A stretch of 17,632 bases of DNA, from positions 1 to 17,632 of the forward strand of contig DIFC01000046.1 in assembly GCA_002418945.1 (NCBI GenBank), given 5' to 3'. The stretch is from Deltaproteobacteria bacterium UBA5758 (GTDB lineage Bacteria > Desulfobacterota > Syntrophorhabdia > Syntrophorhabdales > Syntrophorhabdaceae). A program made the translations under genes and the position numbers. The notes under the pieces are model-generated. The model ran no database searches and was not told where the DNA came from. It saw only the letters and a list, made by a program, of their open reading frames with translations. Positions within the stretch are counted from its first letter, which is position 1. Every line of letters starts with the position of its first letter. Positions 1 to 7,710 of the stretch are shown piece after piece.

Positions 1-38
1 AAGATTTAATATGAGGCAATTCGCCTGGCAAGAAAGTG

Positions 39-67
39 TTGACAATACGCACCCTTTTGATTACTAT
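39..67 (+). promoter_or_regulatory. Candidate sigma-70 promoter of the gap operon (TTGACA-17 nt-TACTAT)
   Basis: TTGACA lies at 39-44, followed by a 17-nt spacer and TACTAT at 62-67. This is about 28 nt upstream of the gap ATG. A GGGAGG SD sits at 84-89. Confidence 0.45.
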
Positions 68-94
68 AAGACAAAAAAATAGTGGGAGGTTGTT

Positions 95-1093
95 ATGGCC
101 GTGAAGGTTGCTATAAATGGTTTTGGAAGGATCGGAAGGCTTGTCCTCAGGGCAGGCTTGGGAAGCAAGGACGTGGAATTTGTCGCAGTGAACGATATTA
201 CAGATCCGAAAACGCTTGCCCACCTGTTAAAATATGATTCTGTGCACGGAATTATGGATGCCGAGGTGAAGGCAAAAGAGAATGCGATAATGATTAACGG
301 CAAAGAAGTGAAGGCTTATTCGATAAAAGAGCCCGAGACGCTGCCGTGGAAGGACCTGGGTGTAGATGTGGTTCTTGAAAGCACCGGCAAGTTCACCGAC
401 AGGGCAGGCGCCGAAAAACATTTAAAGGCAGGCGCAAAGAAGGTTGTTATATCGGCGCCCGCAAAGAATCCCGATGTGACATTTGTGCTGGGCGTAAATC
501 AGGAGGTCTACGACAAGACGAAGCATCACGTCATATCCATGGGATCCTGTACGACGAACTGCCTTGCGCCGATAACAAAGATACTTCAGAGGGAGTACGG
601 CATCGAGTATGGTCTTATGACCACTATCCACGCCTTCACGAACGACCAGGTAGTCCTTGACGAGCCCCATAAAGACCTCAGGCGGGCGCGCGCCGCTGCG
701 CTTTCTATGATACCGACAACGACAGGCGCTGCAAAGGCCATATCCGAGGTCATCCCTGAACTAAAAGGCAAGCTCGACGGCATGGCGATACGGGTGCCGG
801 TTCCCAATGTGTCCGTTGTCGATTTTGTGGCTATTGTTTCGGCAAAGGTAACGAAAGAAGACGTCAATGCAAAATTCAAGACCTACGCGGCAGGACCGAT
901 GAAGGGCATCCTCCTGTGTTCCGAGGACCCGCTTGTTTCCAAGGATTTCAACACCAATCCCCATTCCTCTATTGTTGACCTGGAGTATACCAATGTAATC
1001 GGCGGCAATATGGTCAAGGTGTTGTCCTGGTACGACAACGAATGGGGCTTCTCGAACAGGATGCTGGAGCTTCTTTCCTTTATCATGAAGTAG
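95..1093 (+). CDS. gap: Glyceraldehyde-3-phosphate dehydrogenase, type I
   Basis: 332-aa ORF. It carries the N-terminal NAD-binding motif INGFGRIGR, the catalytic-Cys motif SCTTNCLAP and the C-terminal WYDNEWG. The GGGAGG SD lies 5 nt upstream of the ATG. Confidence 0.97.
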   Translation: MAVKVAINGFGRIGRLVLRAGLGSKDVEFVAVNDITDPKTLAHLLKYDSVHGIMDAEVKAKENAIMINGKEVKAYSIKEPETLPWKDLGVDVVLESTGKFTDRAGAEKHLKAGAKKVVISAPAKNPDVTFVLGVNQEVYDKTKHHVISMGSCTTNCLAPITKILQREYGIEYGLMTTIHAFTNDQVVLDEPHKDLRRARAAALSMIPTTTGAAKAISEVIPELKGKLDGMAIRVPVPNVSVVDFVAIVSAKVTKEDVNAKFKTYAAGPMKGILLCSEDPLVSKDFNTNPHSSIVDLEYTNVIGGNMVKVLSWYDNEWGFSNRMLELLSFIMK

Positions 1094-1123
1094 GTATAAC
1101 GAACAGAGAAAGGCAGGACATGT

Positions 1124-2314
1124 ATGAAGTCTATAGACCAGGTTGATGTGAGCGGAAAACGGGTACTGATTCGCGTCGATTTTAATGTACCTGTTGACGC
1201 AAGCGGAGACGTTGCCGACGATACGCGGATAAAGGCTCATTTCCCCACAATAAATTACTGTCTAGACAGGGGCGCAAAGGTGATCCTCATGTCCCACATG
1301 GGGAGGCCCAAGGGCGCCAGGGTCGACAAGCTTTCCCTGAAGCCTGTTGCGGAAAGGCTTTCGAAGCTCATACAGAAACAGATACTCTTCGTCGATGACT
1401 GCATCGGCGAAAAGGCAGAGACCGCCATAGCCGCCATGAAAGAGGGCGATATCGTACTCCTTGAGAATCTAAGGTTCCATATCGGCGATGAGAAGAACGA
1501 TAGCGACTTTGCCCGCACGCTTTCCGGGCTCTGCGATGTCTATATCGACGACGCCTTTGCGGTCTCCCACAGGAAGGCCGCGTCAAATACGGCGATCACC
1601 GAATTTGTGAAGGTCTGCGCTGCAGGTTTTCTTTTAAAGAACGAGATAGACTACTTTCAGAAGGCCATGGGCAGTCCGGAGAGGCCCTTTGCGGCCATTA
1701 TCGGAGGCGCAAAGGTTTCGGATAAGATAGGTGTGTTGGAGAACCTCATCGAAAAGGTGGATCGCCTTATCGTCGGCGGCGGGATGGCATTTACATTCAT
1801 CAAAGCCCTTGGATATGAGGTCGGTAATTCTCTGTGTGAAAAAGAGATGCTCGATAAGGCAAAGAGCATTATGGAAAAGGCAAAGTCAAGGGGCGTGAAA
1901 CTCTGCCTGCCCGTTGATTGCGTTGTGGCAGAAAAGGCGTCAGCCGACGCAGAGGCGAAGGTCAGCAGCATTGAGGAGATCCCGGCAAACGGCATGGGCC
2001 TAGATATAGGGCCGGCGACCATAGCGCTCTTCTCAGGGGCTTTAAAGGACGCGAAGACGATCGTCTGGAACGGTCCTATGGGCATGTTCGAGATCGACGC
2101 CTTCAGCAAGGGGACCTATGAAGTGGCTTCGTCGGTAGCGGCATCGGGTGCGCTCTCGATCATCGGGGGCGGGGACACCGACGCGGCGGTGCACCGCGCG
2201 GGGGTGAGCTCAAAGATATCCTACATCTCAACAGGGGGCGGAGCGTTCCTTGAGCTTCTTGAGGGGAAGACGATGCCTGCCGTTGAGGCGCTTGAAAAGT
2301 GTGGAGATAAATAA
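1124..2314 (+). CDS. pgk: Phosphoglycerate kinase
   Basis: 396-aa ORF with RVDFNVP near the N-terminus, GGAKVSDKI, and C-terminal IIGGGDT and STGGGAFLE motifs typical of Pgk. Confidence 0.97.
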   Translation: MKSIDQVDVSGKRVLIRVDFNVPVDASGDVADDTRIKAHFPTINYCLDRGAKVILMSHMGRPKGARVDKLSLKPVAERLSKLIQKQILFVDDCIGEKAETAIAAMKEGDIVLLENLRFHIGDEKNDSDFARTLSGLCDVYIDDAFAVSHRKAASNTAITEFVKVCAAGFLLKNEIDYFQKAMGSPERPFAAIIGGAKVSDKIGVLENLIEKVDRLIVGGGMAFTFIKALGYEVGNSLCEKEMLDKAKSIMEKAKSRGVKLCLPVDCVVAEKASADAEAKVSSIEEIPANGMGLDIGPATIALFSGALKDAKTIVWNGPMGMFEIDAFSKGTYEVASSVAASGALSIIGGGDTDAAVHRAGVSSKISYISTGGGAFLELLEGKTMPAVEALEKCGDK

Positions 2315-3072
2315 TGAGAACATGGATGGTTGCCGGAAACTGGAAAATGAACAACACGATCCGCGAGGCGATAGACCTTGCGAAGGACGTGAGGGACAGA
2401 GCCGCGGGGGCCAAGGGCGGAGAGGTGGTGCTGGCCCCGCCGTACACTGCGCTGCAGAGCGTCTATGAAACGATAAAAGGCTCTCAGATCCTGCTCGCCG
2501 CGCAGAATATCTATTTTGAGGACAAAGGCGCCTACACCGGCGAGGTGTCGCCTGCCATGCTGAAGGATGCAGGCTGTACCTACGTTATCGTCGGGCACTC
2601 GGAGAGAAGAAAATATTTCCACGAGACCGATGAAGGCGTCAACATGAAGGCAAAGAAATGCTTACTGTCAGGGCTGAAGCCGATCATATGTGTGGGCGAA
2701 ACTGAGACCGAAAGGGAAAAGGGGGTCACTGAATTCGTCATCGGTATTCAGGTAAAAAAGGCCCTCTCCGGCATCGATACCCTTGACAACGTTGTTATCG
2801 CCTACGAGCCTGTGTGGGCTATCGGCACCGGCAAGAACGCAACGCCGATAGAGGCGGAGGAGGTCCACAGGTTTATCAGGAACATCGTGGGCGACATGTA
2901 CGGCGATATATGCAAAAAAATAATGATCCTTTACGGCGGAAGCGTAACGCCCGACAATATTGGAGAACTGATCAATATGGAAGACGTTGATGGGGCGCTT
3001 GTCGGCGGAGCATCCTTGAAAATTGACAGCTTTCTTGGTATAATAAGGAACATTACGGAGAAACAGAAATGA
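2314..3072 (+). CDS. tpiA: Triosephosphate isomerase
   Basis: Motifs GNWKMN, catalytic HSERR and YEPVWAIGTG. The ATG overlaps the pgk TAA by 1 nt (TAATG), and a GGAG SD lies upstream. An alternative start exists at the second Met (2326). Confidence 0.95.
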   Translation: MRTWMVAGNWKMNNTIREAIDLAKDVRDRAAGAKGGEVVLAPPYTALQSVYETIKGSQILLAAQNIYFEDKGAYTGEVSPAMLKDAGCTYVIVGHSERRKYFHETDEGVNMKAKKCLLSGLKPIICVGETETEREKGVTEFVIGIQVKKALSGIDTLDNVVIAYEPVWAIGTGKNATPIEAEEVHRFIRNIVGDMYGDICKKIMILYGGSVTPDNIGELINMEDVDGALVGGASLKIDSFLGIIRNITEKQK

Positions 3073-3368
3073 TGACGGTTATTTCAATAATTCATGTGGT
3101 AGTTGCTGTGGCCCTAATCTTTATCGTTCTCCTTCAGACAGGAAGGGGATCTGAGATCGGGGCAGCCTTCGGAGGCGGCTCCAGCCAGACGCTGTTCGGG
3201 AGTTCGGGTTCATCAGGCTTTATGACGAAGCTTACTACCGCGGCGGTCGTCATCTTTATGGTGACGAGCCTCGGCCTGGCATATATTTACAGCCACAGAG
3301 AAGCTGGATTGAAGATAGCTCCTGTTCAAACAGAAGAGAATGTACCTCCTGTCCAGGAGAAAAAATGA
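3069..3368 (+). CDS. secG: Preprotein translocase subunit SecG
   Basis: 99-aa ORF with two hydrophobic helices flanking a Gly/Ser-rich loop (GAAFGGGSSQTLFGSSGSSG), which is the SecG architecture. The start overlaps the tpiA stop by 4 nt (ATGA). Confidence 0.88.
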   Translation: MMTVISIIHVVVAVALIFIVLLQTGRGSEIGAAFGGGSSQTLFGSSGSSGFMTKLTTAAVVIFMVTSLGLAYIYSHREAGLKIAPVQTEENVPPVQEKK

Positions 3369-3370
3369 GT

Positions 3371-3455
3371 GCCGAAGTGGTGGAATTGGCAGACACACCA
3401 TCTTGAGGGGGTGGCGGGGAGACCTGTGCGGGTTCAAATCCCGCCTTCGGCACCA
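3371..3455 (+). tRNA. tRNA-Leu, anticodon GAG, type II long variable arm, encoded CCA
   Basis: I hand-folded an 85-nt cloverleaf. The acceptor stem is GCCGAAG/CTTCGGC. The anticodon stem is CCATC/GGTGG with loop TTGAGGG (U33, anticodon GAG, purine 37). There is a 13-nt variable arm and a T arm GCGGG-TTCAAAT-CCCGC, followed by discriminator A and CCA. Confidence 0.9.
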
Positions 3456-3646
3456 TATAACTATTTGTTTCATTAGAATAAATACCCCGTAAAATCTGGT
3501 TCTATTTTTAAGAGCGATAACCTTTCGTATCATCTTTATGATACTGAGCCGTCGAACATTACTTTGTTGAATGTTGCAGATGGTATTCAGTAATACTTTT
3601 AAAAATATTTTATGATATAATAAATAATATATTGGGTGGGGTTACT

Positions 3647-4279
3647 ATGGGATGGAAAAACATTATACTGGATTTTGACGGAACACTTATTGATTCACAG
3701 CATCTTTTTCTTGCCTGTGCAAACGAATTAAGCGAGGTATTCGGATATGAACCGATCGACCAGATCTCAAGGCTGCGCGAGAAAAGCACGCCCTCCGTGC
3801 TGACTGACGTGCTGGGTCTGCTGCCTGAACAGATACCTCTATGGATGCAGAAATTAAAGGACAGGCTTAGTAACAATATACGCAGCGCTGTTACAGTCAA
3901 GGGGATGAAAGAAGCCCTCTTTGCCCTGCGGGATGACTATCGTCTGGGCATATTGACATCGAACTCTGAAGAGACGGTGAGGCATATTCTTGTTAGAGAT
4001 GGTATTGGACAAGTCGATTTCATATGGGCTGACGCATATGTATTAGAAAAGGATAGGGCTATCGAGGGGGCGGTGGCAAAATATGCCCTTTCTCGGGAAG
4101 AGACGGTTTATGTCGGGGATGAGGTAGGAGATGTTGACGCCTGCCGAAAAGTGGGTATCAAGATTATCGCTGTGTCCTGGGGCTTCAACTCCAAAAAAAT
4201 ACTTGAAAGAAAGGAACCGGACTATCTGGTTGAAACGCCGATGCAGTTACGTTCCATCTTAAAAACTTATGATATTTAA
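3647..4279 (+). CDS. HAD-superfamily hydrolase, phosphoglycolate-phosphatase-like (capped type)
   Basis: HAD motif I ILDFDGTLIDS (DxDGT), motif II LTSNS and motif IV YVGDEVGDVDA. I prefer ATG 3647, which has a GGTGGGG SD 5 nt upstream, over the TTG at 3632 used by the ORF track. Confidence 0.75.
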   Translation: MGWKNIILDFDGTLIDSQHLFLACANELSEVFGYEPIDQISRLREKSTPSVLTDVLGLLPEQIPLWMQKLKDRLSNNIRSAVTVKGMKEALFALRDDYRLGILTSNSEETVRHILVRDGIGQVDFIWADAYVLEKDRAIEGAVAKYALSREETVYVGDEVGDVDACRKVGIKIIAVSWGFNSKKILERKEPDYLVETPMQLRSILKTYDI

Positions 4280-4306
4280 GGGGTGTTGTTGCAATATTGA
4301 AACCCC

Positions 4307-4335
4307 TTGACAACTTATTGAAATAGCGTGAGAAT
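4307..4335 (+). promoter_or_regulatory. Candidate sigma-70 promoter for the response-regulator gene (TTGACA-17 nt-GAGAAT)
   Basis: TTGACA lies at 4307-4312, followed by a 17-nt spacer and GAGAAT at 4330-4335, about 45 nt upstream of ATG 4381. Confidence 0.35.
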
Positions 4336-4380
4336 GAATAGAATAGTGAAAACAAAAACATTTAAATGTAAAGGGTTGAT

Positions 4381-5034
4381 ATGACTATACGCTTAATTCT
4401 GGCTGACGATCACAAAATAGTACGAGAGGGGCTTCGTGCCATCTTTGAAAAAATAACCGATGTTGAAGTGATTGCAGAGGCCGAGGATGGATTGGAAACA
4501 GTGCGACTCGCCAAAAAATTGCTGCCGGACATTGTGATCATGGATATAGGCATGCCCAATATGAACGGCATCGATGCTACCCGTCAGATCATAGCAGAGA
4601 CCAAGGGCGTAAGGGTGCTTGCGCTATCCACGCACACAGACAGCAAGTTTGTAATGCAAATGCTGGGTGCAGGCGCATCGGGATACCTCCCCAAGGATTG
4701 TACCTGCGAGGAGCTTGTAGCGGCGCTTCATGCGGCAATCACAAACCAGCTTTATCTAAGTCCGCGGATAACTGATGTGGTGATAAGAGAGTACCTCCAT
4801 AATCTCCCCAAAAGGGAGCCTTCCGTATTTACCATACTAACAACCCGTGAGCGGGAAGTGCTTCAAATGATGGCCGAGGGAAAAACAACAAAAGAGATTG
4901 CATCAAGGCTTAATGTAAGCGTAAAAACAGTTGATACCCATCGCCAGCAGATAATGGCGAAGCTCAATATTCACAGCATTGCAGAGCTTACGAAATATGC
5001 GATTCGCGAGGGGATCACCTCCCTCGAACCTTAA
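4381..5034 (+). CDS. NarL/FixJ (LuxR-type HTH) family response regulator with no adjacent histidine kinase
   Basis: The receiver domain has acidic pocket LADDH, the phospho-acceptor context IVIMDIGMPNMNG and a conserved Lys (YLPKD). The C-terminal LuxR/GerE HTH reads LTTREREVLQMMAEGKTTKEIASRLNVSVKTVDTHRQQIMAKL. Confidence 0.9.
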   Translation: MTIRLILADDHKIVREGLRAIFEKITDVEVIAEAEDGLETVRLAKKLLPDIVIMDIGMPNMNGIDATRQIIAETKGVRVLALSTHTDSKFVMQMLGAGASGYLPKDCTCEELVAALHAAITNQLYLSPRITDVVIREYLHNLPKREPSVFTILTTREREVLQMMAEGKTTKEIASRLNVSVKTVDTHRQQIMAKLNIHSIAELTKYAIREGITSLEP

Positions 5035-5110
5035 GTCGCCTCGCACCCGTACAGCCATCTTCTGTACTAATTTTCATACATTTGGAAGGTCAAAATCATA
5101 CTTTCGCCGA

Positions 5111-5139
5111 TTGTCGACAGCCTAAATGGCGTGTACACT
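5111..5139 (+). promoter_or_regulatory. Weak candidate sigma-70 promoter for the 5288-12624 unit (TTGTCG-17 nt-TACACT)
   Basis: TTGTCG lies at 5111-5116, followed by a 17-nt spacer and TACACT at 5134-5139. Both hexamers sit inside 8-bp palindromes (TGTCGACA and GTGTACAC). This is a pattern match only. Confidence 0.25.
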
Positions 5140-5287
5140 TGTAAAATAGAGCAAAAGCAAACAAGGAGGCGATAGAGTATTCGGTAGATAAGATATAACG
5201 ATTGATATAGGCATTAATGGTAAGCAATTTCTAGGATGCTGTGATATATGTTATGGGAAGTATCAAATAAAAAAAGGGGGCTACGAA

Positions 5288-6361
5288 ATGAATCCTGGAA
5301 AAACAGAAAGATGGGTAGTTTCTTTTCAAGAATGCGGAAAGGATGACGCCGGTTTAGTAGGGGGCAAGTCTGCCAACCTGGGAGAAATGTGCAAACTGGG
5401 AATCCCTGTCCCGCTGGGATTCACCGTTACGAGCGAAGTAAATAAAAGATTCTTCGAAATTACCAGCAATGAAAAAAAGATCGAGGAATTCCTCAGTAAG
5501 TTTCCCGAGAAGCCGACCGCCATTGATGAATTTAACGAAATAGCCAACTACGTTCAAAACCTTATTGAATCAACAGAGATCCCGGTAGAATTTCAAAAGC
5601 CAATCTCCGAGGCATACAGTGGTCTATGTGACAGGTATAAGGTAAAAGATGTTCCTGTGGCCGTCAGATCAAGCGGTGTAGCGGAAGACATGGCAATGGC
5701 AAGCTTTGCCGGGCAATACGATTCATATCTCAATGTGCAGGGCACGGAGGAGGTCTTCAAAAACGTGCTGAAGTGCTGGGCCAGTGCATTTACTCCACGC
5801 TGCATATCGTATCGTATCAAGAATAATTTGCCTATTTTCTCGAAAGCTGTCTCAGTGGCGGTTGCAGTGCAAAAAATGGTCAGGTCTCGTGCCTCCGGGG
5901 TAGGATTTACCGTTAATCCGAATACGGGCAATAAAACAAAGATAGTGCTCGAAGGTAATTGGGGAGTAGGTGAAAGCGTAGTTCAGGGGATAGTGGAACC
6001 GGACAGGTTCGAAGTTGATAAGGAGACGCTTAGAGTAGTAAATGCAGAAATCCGCTGCAAGCAGAAACAGGTCGTATTCTCAGAAAAGGGCACCATAGAG
6101 CAAGACGTTCCTGCGGAAAAACAGAAGACACCTTGTATAGCGCACTGTGAGGCTGAGATGGTGGCAAAGTGCGCAAAGATGGCTGAAGAATATTATGGCT
6201 TGCCCCTGGATATAGAGTGGGCCATAGACACAGATCTCGAATTTCCCCAGAATGTCTTTTTAGTGCAGGCGCGCCCTGTTACTGCGATGGCCACAGAAAG
6301 AAGCGCAACGGAAAAGATCCTCGATTTTTTGTGCACCCGTACATTCCCGGTGAGCCATTAA
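5288..6361 (+). CDS. PEP synthase/PPDK N-terminal ATP-grasp (nucleotide-binding) domain protein, stand-alone; similar to the phenylphosphate synthase beta subunit (PpsB)
   Basis: 357 aa (about 40 kDa). Motifs are GGKSANLGEM, VAVRSSGVAEDM..SFAGQ and IEWAI....FLVQARPVT, which characterise the PPDK_N/PpsA N-terminal domain. The ORF stops before any swivel-His or PEP/pyruvate TIM-barrel domain. An AAGGGGG SD lies upstream. Confidence 0.8.
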   Translation: MNPGKTERWVVSFQECGKDDAGLVGGKSANLGEMCKLGIPVPLGFTVTSEVNKRFFEITSNEKKIEEFLSKFPEKPTAIDEFNEIANYVQNLIESTEIPVEFQKPISEAYSGLCDRYKVKDVPVAVRSSGVAEDMAMASFAGQYDSYLNVQGTEEVFKNVLKCWASAFTPRCISYRIKNNLPIFSKAVSVAVAVQKMVRSRASGVGFTVNPNTGNKTKIVLEGNWGVGESVVQGIVEPDRFEVDKETLRVVNAEIRCKQKQVVFSEKGTIEQDVPAEKQKTPCIAHCEAEMVAKCAKMAEEYYGLPLDIEWAIDTDLEFPQNVFLVQARPVTAMATERSATEKILDFLCTRTFPVSH

Positions 6362-6378
6362 AAAACAGGAGAGTTATT

Positions 6379-7614
6379 ATGCCAAGAAGCATTGTCATCA
6401 TTGGGACCTTGGACACCAAATCTGAAGAAATTCTTTTCGCTAAGGAGCAGATCGAGCTTAGAGGTCATAAGGCGATCGTAATGGACATGAGTGTGGGCAG
6501 CAAACCGTCAGTCAAGGGGGATATTACCAGCCAGGAGGTGGCAAGGGAAGGCGGGGGCGACATAAAGGCGATATGGGGAAATCCGGATAGACCGAAGATC
6601 AACAAGATCATCACCGATGGCGCCATAAAGATATGCAACGAGCTCCTGAAGGAAGGAAAATTGGATGGGATTCTCTGTATCGGCGGCGCGGGCGGCACGC
6701 TTATCGGAACAGACGTGATGAAGGGTCTCCCTTTCGGGGTACCCAAATTTGTCATCTCCAGCAATGCAGCGCTTCCTGGATTTTCGTCAAAATATTTTGG
6801 CACAAAAGACATCACCATGATGCACACGATGGTAGATATTGCCGGATTGAATGATATCCTGAAGACTCTCTTAAGCCAGGCAGCCGGCGCTATTTGCGGA
6901 ATGGCAGAGGCATTTGCAATGTCGCCTCATACAACGTCCGATGCGGAGAAAAGGAAGTCTTCGGTTGCGCTCTGTGAGCTCATGGCGAGCGCAAAATGCA
7001 TCAGCAATATCAAGCGCCTCCTTGAAGAAAATGGTTATCAGGTAACTGTATTCATGGCAACCGGTGTTGGAGATACGGCAATGGAGGAGCTCATCAGCCA
7101 GGGGCTTTTTGATGCCGTATTGGATCTGTCTCCGGGAGGCATCATCGACAGCTTTATCGATGGCGGCACACGCAAGGCCTGCAAGGTAAGGTTGGAATCG
7201 GCAGGGCTCAAAGGGATTCCACAGGTCATCGTTCCTGGGGGGTTAGATTTTATTACGCCGCTGCTCTCAAAGTATAAACCGGAATATGATGAGCGAAAGA
7301 TCTTCAGGCCGGACAAGCTCAGGCAGCTCATCAGATCCAATATTGATGAATTAACCCGTGCCGCCGAAGTAATCGCCAAAAAGCTCAATGCAGCTAAGGG
7401 ACCTGTAAAATTCATAATACCCCTGAACGGGTGGTCCAGGGTCGACGGACCCGGAAGGCCTCTTTACGATCCTGAGGCGAATGCGGCATTTGTGAAAGAA
7501 TTGAGAAGACAGCTCAAGCCGGAAATTGAGGTCCGGGAGATCGATGCATGGATAGAAGACCCGGTCTTTGGCGATGTCCTGGTTGAGGCGCTCAATGAAA
7601 TGATGCACAAATAA
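6379..7614 (+). CDS. UPF0261 / Tm-1-like ATP-binding domain protein
   Basis: The N-terminus MPRSIVIIGTLDTKSEEILFAKEQIELRGHKAIVMD and the overall length of about 410 aa match my recollection of the UPF0261 family (Pfam PF06792). I chose ATG 6379 because it has an AGGAGAG SD at 6367-6373. The ORF-track start at 6217 overlaps the upstream gene and is an unlikely extension. Confidence 0.75.
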   Translation: MPRSIVIIGTLDTKSEEILFAKEQIELRGHKAIVMDMSVGSKPSVKGDITSQEVAREGGGDIKAIWGNPDRPKINKIITDGAIKICNELLKEGKLDGILCIGGAGGTLIGTDVMKGLPFGVPKFVISSNAALPGFSSKYFGTKDITMMHTMVDIAGLNDILKTLLSQAAGAICGMAEAFAMSPHTTSDAEKRKSSVALCELMASAKCISNIKRLLEENGYQVTVFMATGVGDTAMEELISQGLFDAVLDLSPGGIIDSFIDGGTRKACKVRLESAGLKGIPQVIVPGGLDFITPLLSKYKPEYDERKIFRPDKLRQLIRSNIDELTRAAEVIAKKLNAAKGPVKFIIPLNGWSRVDGPGRPLYDPEANAAFVKELRRQLKPEIEVREIDAWIEDPVFGDVLVEALNEMMHK

Positions 7615-7710
7615 GATGCCTTCACATATAAGGAGGTGGTGTTGTATGGCAGGTGCTTTCTTATAGTTTCAGAAGCATCCTAATACACAAAGAAAGGGAA
7701 GGAGGAAAAG

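Noticed and set aside
3647-4279. The HAD hydrolase considered as the missing phosphatase-like subunit of a phenylphosphate carboxylase.
   Set aside because: As I recall, the Thauera subunit is a small (about 18 kDa), cap-less, KdsC-like HAD. This ORF is a capped Gph-like HAD of about 210 aa. It is separated from the operon by a regulator gene with its own promoter. The link cannot be supported from the sequence alone.
4278-4308. Inverted repeat AAGGGGT...ACCCCTT after the HAD stop, considered as an intrinsic terminator.
   Set aside because: The stem is 7 bp with a 17-nt loop and no downstream U-tract. The right arm overlaps the candidate -35 box of the next gene. This is too weak to call.
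5049-5067. Hairpin GTACAG-N7-CTGTAC followed by TAATTTTC after the response-regulator gene, considered as a terminator.
   Set aside because: The stem is only 6 bp with moderate GC content and the U-tract is interrupted. It is plausible but too weak to annotate as a feature.
5127-5142. Sigma-54-like TGGCGTG-N...-CTTGT upstream of the ATP-grasp gene.
   Set aside because: The -12 region is displaced by one nucleotide and reads TTGT, not TTGC. Sigma-54 spacing is strict.
6217-6378. N-terminal 54 codons of the ORF-track call 6217-7614, which overlap the 3' end of the ATP-grasp gene.
   Set aside because: The extension has no SD and overlaps 145 nt of a well-supported CDS in another frame. It encodes a His/Arg/Cys-rich sequence that does not look like real protein. 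ATG 6379 has an AGGAGAG SD and yields the canonical UPF0261 N-terminus.
7647-7662. Sigma-54-like TGGCAGG...TTTCT upstream of the ligase gene.
   Set aside because: The -24 half (TGGCAG) is good, but CT rather than GC lies 10 nt after the GG, so there is no -12 GC at the required spacing.
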